From: a virus | Lineage: Duplodnaviria > Caudoviricetes | Direction: 5' to 3' (one strand) | IMG/VR virus record: IMGVR_UViG_3300001580_000006 | Coordinates: 64,001-128,000 of that record | Length of the DNA: 64,000 nt | Shown here: positions 60,752 to 64,000 of the stretch, piece by piece | Layout of the letters: each line of letters starts with the position of its first letter | How positions within the stretch are numbered: position 1 is the stretch's first letter | The notes under the pieces: model-generated | What the model was told of the DNA's origin: nothing | What the model saw: the letters and a program-made list of their open reading frames with translations, nothing else | The model's database searches: none | Program-made: the position numbers and the translations under genes

Positions 60752-61116
60752 ATCAGGAACCCCTTTTTCGGCTTTCTTTGCTCCTCGGCAACTGAGATCA
60801 TTATGGCAGCTGTTCGGGTGCATTTGTCGCATACCCGTATATCCTTATTCATAATCCATTTAGCTGGTTTATCACATAAATCACACTTACCTTCAGCTCC
60901 TGCACGTACATTACTTACGAGTGTGTCTAACCTTAAGTGTACTAGTTCTTCTTCGATTATGTGTACCATACGATCAGCCACTCGACGGGCCATTCCAGCT
61001 ATCGTTGGGTAATCTGAAGTATGTGGAGTTATAGGTAGAGCGATTATACGGTTAATCTGGGCTTTGTTCAGGCCAAGGCGTGCACCAAGATCAGCTATCT
61101 TCTGTTTATTTGGCAT
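60748..61116 (-). CDS. Hypothetical zinc-finger protein
   Basis: CDLC...CDKC; AGGAG RBS. Confidence 0.55.
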   Translation of the reverse strand: MPNKQKIADLGARLGLNKAQINRIIALPITPHTSDYPTIAGMARRVADRMVHIIEEELVHLRLDTLVSNVRAGAEGKCDLCDKPAKWIMNKDIRVCDKCTRTAAIMISVAEEQRKPKKGFLI

Positions 61117-61348
61117 GTGTCTCCTTGAACCAATCCTTGTTTCTATGCCTATTCTTGCGTCTATACGACATACTCTTTATACCATAGAAAGCACGTTGTG
61201 CTAGACCACCAGCAGATATCAATAAGTCGGCAGCGTCTACGATCACAGCTACAGCTAGTAGAGCAACAAGGGCCTTGTTTGGATTCCGCTTTATACCCTT
61301 AACTGTCCTCCGGATGCTCGATGCTCTGAGCACTGCTTGTATCGACAT
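61106..61348 (-). CDS. Small membrane protein
   Basis: Hydrophobic ALVALLAVAVIV with basic flanks; GGAG RBS. Confidence 0.5.
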   Translation of the reverse strand: MSIQAVLRASSIRRTVKGIKRNPNKALVALLAVAVIVDAADLLISAGGLAQRAFYGIKSMSYRRKNRHRNKDWFKETHAK

Positions 61349-61574
61349 TAGTTTCTCCAAGTATGATGTTAACTATTCCACCGTGGTTTTCTTCCATTAG
61401 CATAGCGTTAACTAAAGTGGCATAGCCAGCTGTAGCCAATAACCTATGGACTATCATTTGCAGGGCCAGCATCTTTGCGCTTTCTGGGTCCTGTCCTCTT
61501 TTTACTAATTCTGTGGTTAGCTGTATGAGTGCTACATCCGCCTCCGCAGGCAATAGTACCGTTTGCTTTGTCAT
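61299..61574 (-). CDS. Hypothetical protein
   Basis: 91 aa. Confidence 0.5.
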   Translation of the reverse strand: MTKQTVLLPAEADVALIQLTTELVKRGQDPESAKMLALQMIVHRLLATAGYATLVNAMLMEENHGGIVNIILGETNVDTSSAQSIEHPEDS

Positions 61575-61929
61575 AGCCTGTCAGTTTAGCCTCCTCTCTA
61601 TTAAAACCAATTTTTTCCAGCTGCATTAGATTCTCAAAGTATAGGTAAGCTAGCACATGGATAATATAGTTTGATGCCGATGCGCTAACCATAACGCCAA
61701 GTCGGTCCAGCTCTTCCTGTTTAAGGCTTGGCACCGGCTTGTTTGGTTCGTTACGCAAGCTCATTACCATATCTAATATATCTTGCCCTAAGCAAGATTT
61801 GATATACTGTATCATTGCTGGGTAGTTTTCTTGTGAATACTCATGAAAAGCCACCCTATTCGTTTGATTACGTAAAAAGTCCAATGCCGTATCTAGAGCT
61901 TTCTCTGATCTTTTGGCATTAGTGCTCAT
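61444..61929 (-). CDS. Hypothetical protein
   Basis: 161 aa, AGGAG RBS; its tail overlaps the next gene. Confidence 0.55.
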   Translation of the reverse strand: MSTNAKRSEKALDTALDFLRNQTNRVAFHEYSQENYPAMIQYIKSCLGQDILDMVMSLRNEPNKPVPSLKQEELDRLGVMVSASASNYIIHVLAYLYFENLMQLEKIGFNREEAKLTGYDKANGTIACGGGCSTHTANHRISKKRTGPRKRKDAGPANDSP

Positions 61930-62279
61930 AAGTCTTTCTCCTTAAGTTTGCTAGTAGGTAGATCTTTCAACGTCGGTTCTGCTCTAGGAGACTCTACTTT
62001 AAATGAGTCACCACCCAACTCTTTATCGGTATTACTATGCGACATTATTACTAATTGGACCGAGTTTCCTCTTACGTCAGCTGCGGCTACTATTTTGTTG
62101 GGCCATGCATCTTTTACTATCCCTATGCCAAGACCATCTTTTTTGCCGGCGTCTACGCAGGCGGCTAATATACCTTCTAATACTTCAGTTCCAGTTGGCT
62201 TGTCTACTTTTAGCATACCTGATATTTCTACTGCGCGTGCGTATAGTGATTCGAATAAGCCGTTATTCAATATCTCCAT
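61926..62279 (-). CDS. Hypothetical protein
   Basis: 117 aa, GGAGG RBS. Confidence 0.55.
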   Translation of the reverse strand: MEILNNGLFESLYARAVEISGMLKVDKPTGTEVLEGILAACVDAGKKDGLGIGIVKDAWPNKIVAAADVRGNSVQLVIMSHSNTDKELGGDSFKVESPRAEPTLKDLPTSKLKEKDL

Positions 62280-62655
62280 CTGATTCCTCCCTAGGGCTTT
62301 CTACGTTGTCTGGCGGTAGCTGTGTAATTAGCGATCTGACTATGTCCGTCATCTCAGCTAGTACAATCAGCTGTGTGCCAACTTTAACATACGCCTGGTT
62401 TTTATATTTACGAAACGTTCCGCCAAATGATATCTGTGCTCCGGCAGACATCTTTGGTATTATTGGATCATCTGCTCTGCCGTACCATTGGACGTTTAGT
62501 GTGAACTCCTCTGTTATAGCCTTACCTTTAGCGCCGGTGAACACCTCTGCGCTTAGTACCTTGAAATATAATGTGCCATAACCAGGGTTAGTTCTACTAG
62601 CATCCCACGCTGGATCGGTAGAGACTAGACCAACTACGGTTACAAAAATCATCAA
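62263..62655 (-). CDS. Possible SSB-like OB-fold protein
   Basis: VTVVGLVSTDP, NVQWYG, GAQISFGG, acidic tail. Confidence 0.5.
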   Translation of the reverse strand: MMIFVTVVGLVSTDPAWDASRTNPGYGTLYFKVLSAEVFTGAKGKAITEEFTLNVQWYGRADDPIIPKMSAGAQISFGGTFRKYKNQAYVKVGTQLIVLAEMTDIVRSLITQLPPDNVESPREESDGDIE

Positions 62656-64000
62656 CTACCTTTTGCTTTTGCTCTAGCAGTAGATATATTGTTAGAGCAT
62701 TGTTGTGCTATGGCAGATGCTTTGTCAAAGTCTATGCCAAATTTTTCCTTGAGAAATGTATTTACTGAATCAGTGGTGTCCTGTGGCCATTGATCCTCAA
62801 ATCCAAAGCCAACGAACTGGTGCTTGGGTTTTTCATCAGTAGTTTTATTACCAAAGCCTATTCCTTTGCTTTTGCTTCCAGCTGCTATAGATGCTAGCAC
62901 TATAGCTGAACTTAAGTATGCTGTACGCCCAAGAGTGTCAGTAACAAAGCCATTGGTAAGCATATTTCTTACTATATCTGCAACTGTGGAGTGCGCAGCA
63001 TCTAAATTGTCTAGAACAAGAATGGGGTTATTAAATGTATTCAACTGTGTAATAAGGGATCCGCCCTTGTCAGAAAGGATATAACCAGCTGGAGCGCCTA
63101 ACCACCTATTTACTGTAGATGAATCAATAAACTCCTGTAGATCATAGTAGATAACTGCGTTTCTTCCATACAGTGCAAAGCTTAACTCTTCAGCATATAC
63201 CGATAGTAGTCCTTTGTTTGGGGTGCTTATTAGCGCACTCGCCAGTGGTTTGCGATAAGATTTAGCTAGCCCTTGGGCTACAATGCTTTCTGTAGTCTTA
63301 GAGCAATTAGGAAGAAGGGTCGTTAAGTACGATAAGCTCGTTAATAGCTTGCTAGTGTCTTTGGTAACCATGGCGGCTAAAAACGGATTCTCATTACGGG
63401 ATAATACGTCAGCTACTATGCCATCATTGACTTGCGCCGTGTTCTTAAGTCTGGCTCTAGCCATCAGCGAGTCAATAAACGATAGGGCTGCATCTGGTTG
63501 ACTGTGGTTCGGGCTATAGAATGTGCTATATGTTACAAGATCAGAGACGTTGTCCATTGGTATACCAACCTGGTGGTAGCCTTCGTATACCGGTGCTACT
63601 TTAGTAACCAGTTTAATTACTTCATCAAAGGGCAGCTCACCTACGTTTATTCTCTGTACTCGGCGCTCTAGTGCACGATCAGGTTCTATGCTTCCAGCGA
63701 ATTCTTGTGGGGTAGTAGAGCCTATCAATCTGATATCACGCCTGGCTAAAGCAGGTTTCAATATGTTTGCGGCATCAGAAGTCTGCATAGACTTGGTGGC
63801 AAATAAGGAATGGATTTCGTCAGCGAATAATATTACCCAAGGTAAGCTAGCACACTCCATAATGATTTGCTGAAGAACCGCGGCTACTTGTGAGCTGTGA
63901 TCACTGCGAGCCATTATCTGAGACGGAGACAGCTCTAGTATAACTGATTGAGACAAAGGACCACGAATAGTGCCATCCACCATTCTTTGTGCCAGACCTT
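62652..64000 (-). CDS. ClpA/B/C-like AAA+ ATPase, 5' end outside the window
   Basis: ILFADEIH, AANILKPALAR, IGSTT..EF, IE.D.ALERR, PD.AL, LGAPAGY, GFVTD..GR. Confidence 0.85.
   Translation of the reverse strand, partial: GLAQRMVDGTIRGPLSQSVILELSPSQIMARSDHSSQVAAVLQQIIMECASLPWVILFADEIHSLFATKSMQTSDAANILKPALARRDIRLIGSTTPQEFAGSIEPDRALERRVQRINVGELPFDEVIKLVTKVAPVYEGYHQVGIPMDNVSDLVTYSTFYSPNHSQPDAALSFIDSLMARARLKNTAQVNDGIVADVLSRNENPFLAAMVTKDTSKLLTSLSYLTTLLPNCSKTTESIVAQGLAKSYRKPLASALISTPNKGLLSVYAEELSFALYGRNAVIYYDLQEFIDSSTVNRWLGAPAGYILSDKGGSLITQLNTFNNPILVLDNLDAAHSTVADIVRNMLTNGFVTDTLGRTAYLSSAIVLASIAAGSKSKGIGFGNKTTDEKPKHQFVGFGFEDQWPQDTTDSVNTFLKEKFGIDFDKASAIAQQCSNNISTARAKAKGS

Noticed and set aside
60752-60832. 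Track start of the primase at 60832
   Set aside because: It overlaps the upstream gene by 85 nt; a TTG at 60751 has a purine-rich RBS and couples to the upstream stop
1-64000. Stop-codon reassignment (alternative genetic code)
   Set aside because: Genes are long and tightly packed in the standard code, TAA, TAG and TGA all end genes at sensible positions, and no suppressor tRNA is present
1-64000. CRISPR array, rRNA, integrase or IS element
   Set aside because: No regularly spaced repeats, rRNA-like sequence or recombinase/transposase motifs were seen; the Cas4-like genes have no cas neighbours

Overview
This window looks like part of a large lytic tailed phage genome read in the standard genetic code. 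Positions 1-23.2 kb (+) hold a tightly packed block of large, probably virion (tail/baseplate/appendage) genes, one HNH endonuclease and a membrane protein, ending at a strong terminator. Positions 23.2-64 kb are mostly on the - strand. They carry eight tRNA genes with encoded CCA, HNH/EndoVII endonucleases, three glycosyltransferase-like genes, RuvC, a DnaB-like helicase, NrdD, ThyX, a family A DNA polymerase, an SNF2 helicase, SbcCD, a family 4 UDG, a primase and a Clp-type ATPase. A short + strand unit encodes GroES, EndoVII and a Cas4-like protein. Six sigma70/sigmaA-type promoters with TRTGnTATAAT are visible. The strongest finding is the SNF2 helicase intein, which has no in-frame endonuclease but carries a complete zinc-finger/DUF559-type nuclease gene in the +1 frame, preceded by its own promoter and RBS inside the intein coding sequence. 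Other notable items are four proteins sharing an N-terminal FVSNSSS module (three with RING-like Cys/His spacing), an NrdD-redoxin fusion, a domain-permuted primase, rare tRNAs (Ile-UAU, Leu-AAG, an aberrant fMet-like tRNA) and a mini-operon of two tiny lysine-rich peptides. All protein assignments come from motif recognition by eye; no database searches were run.
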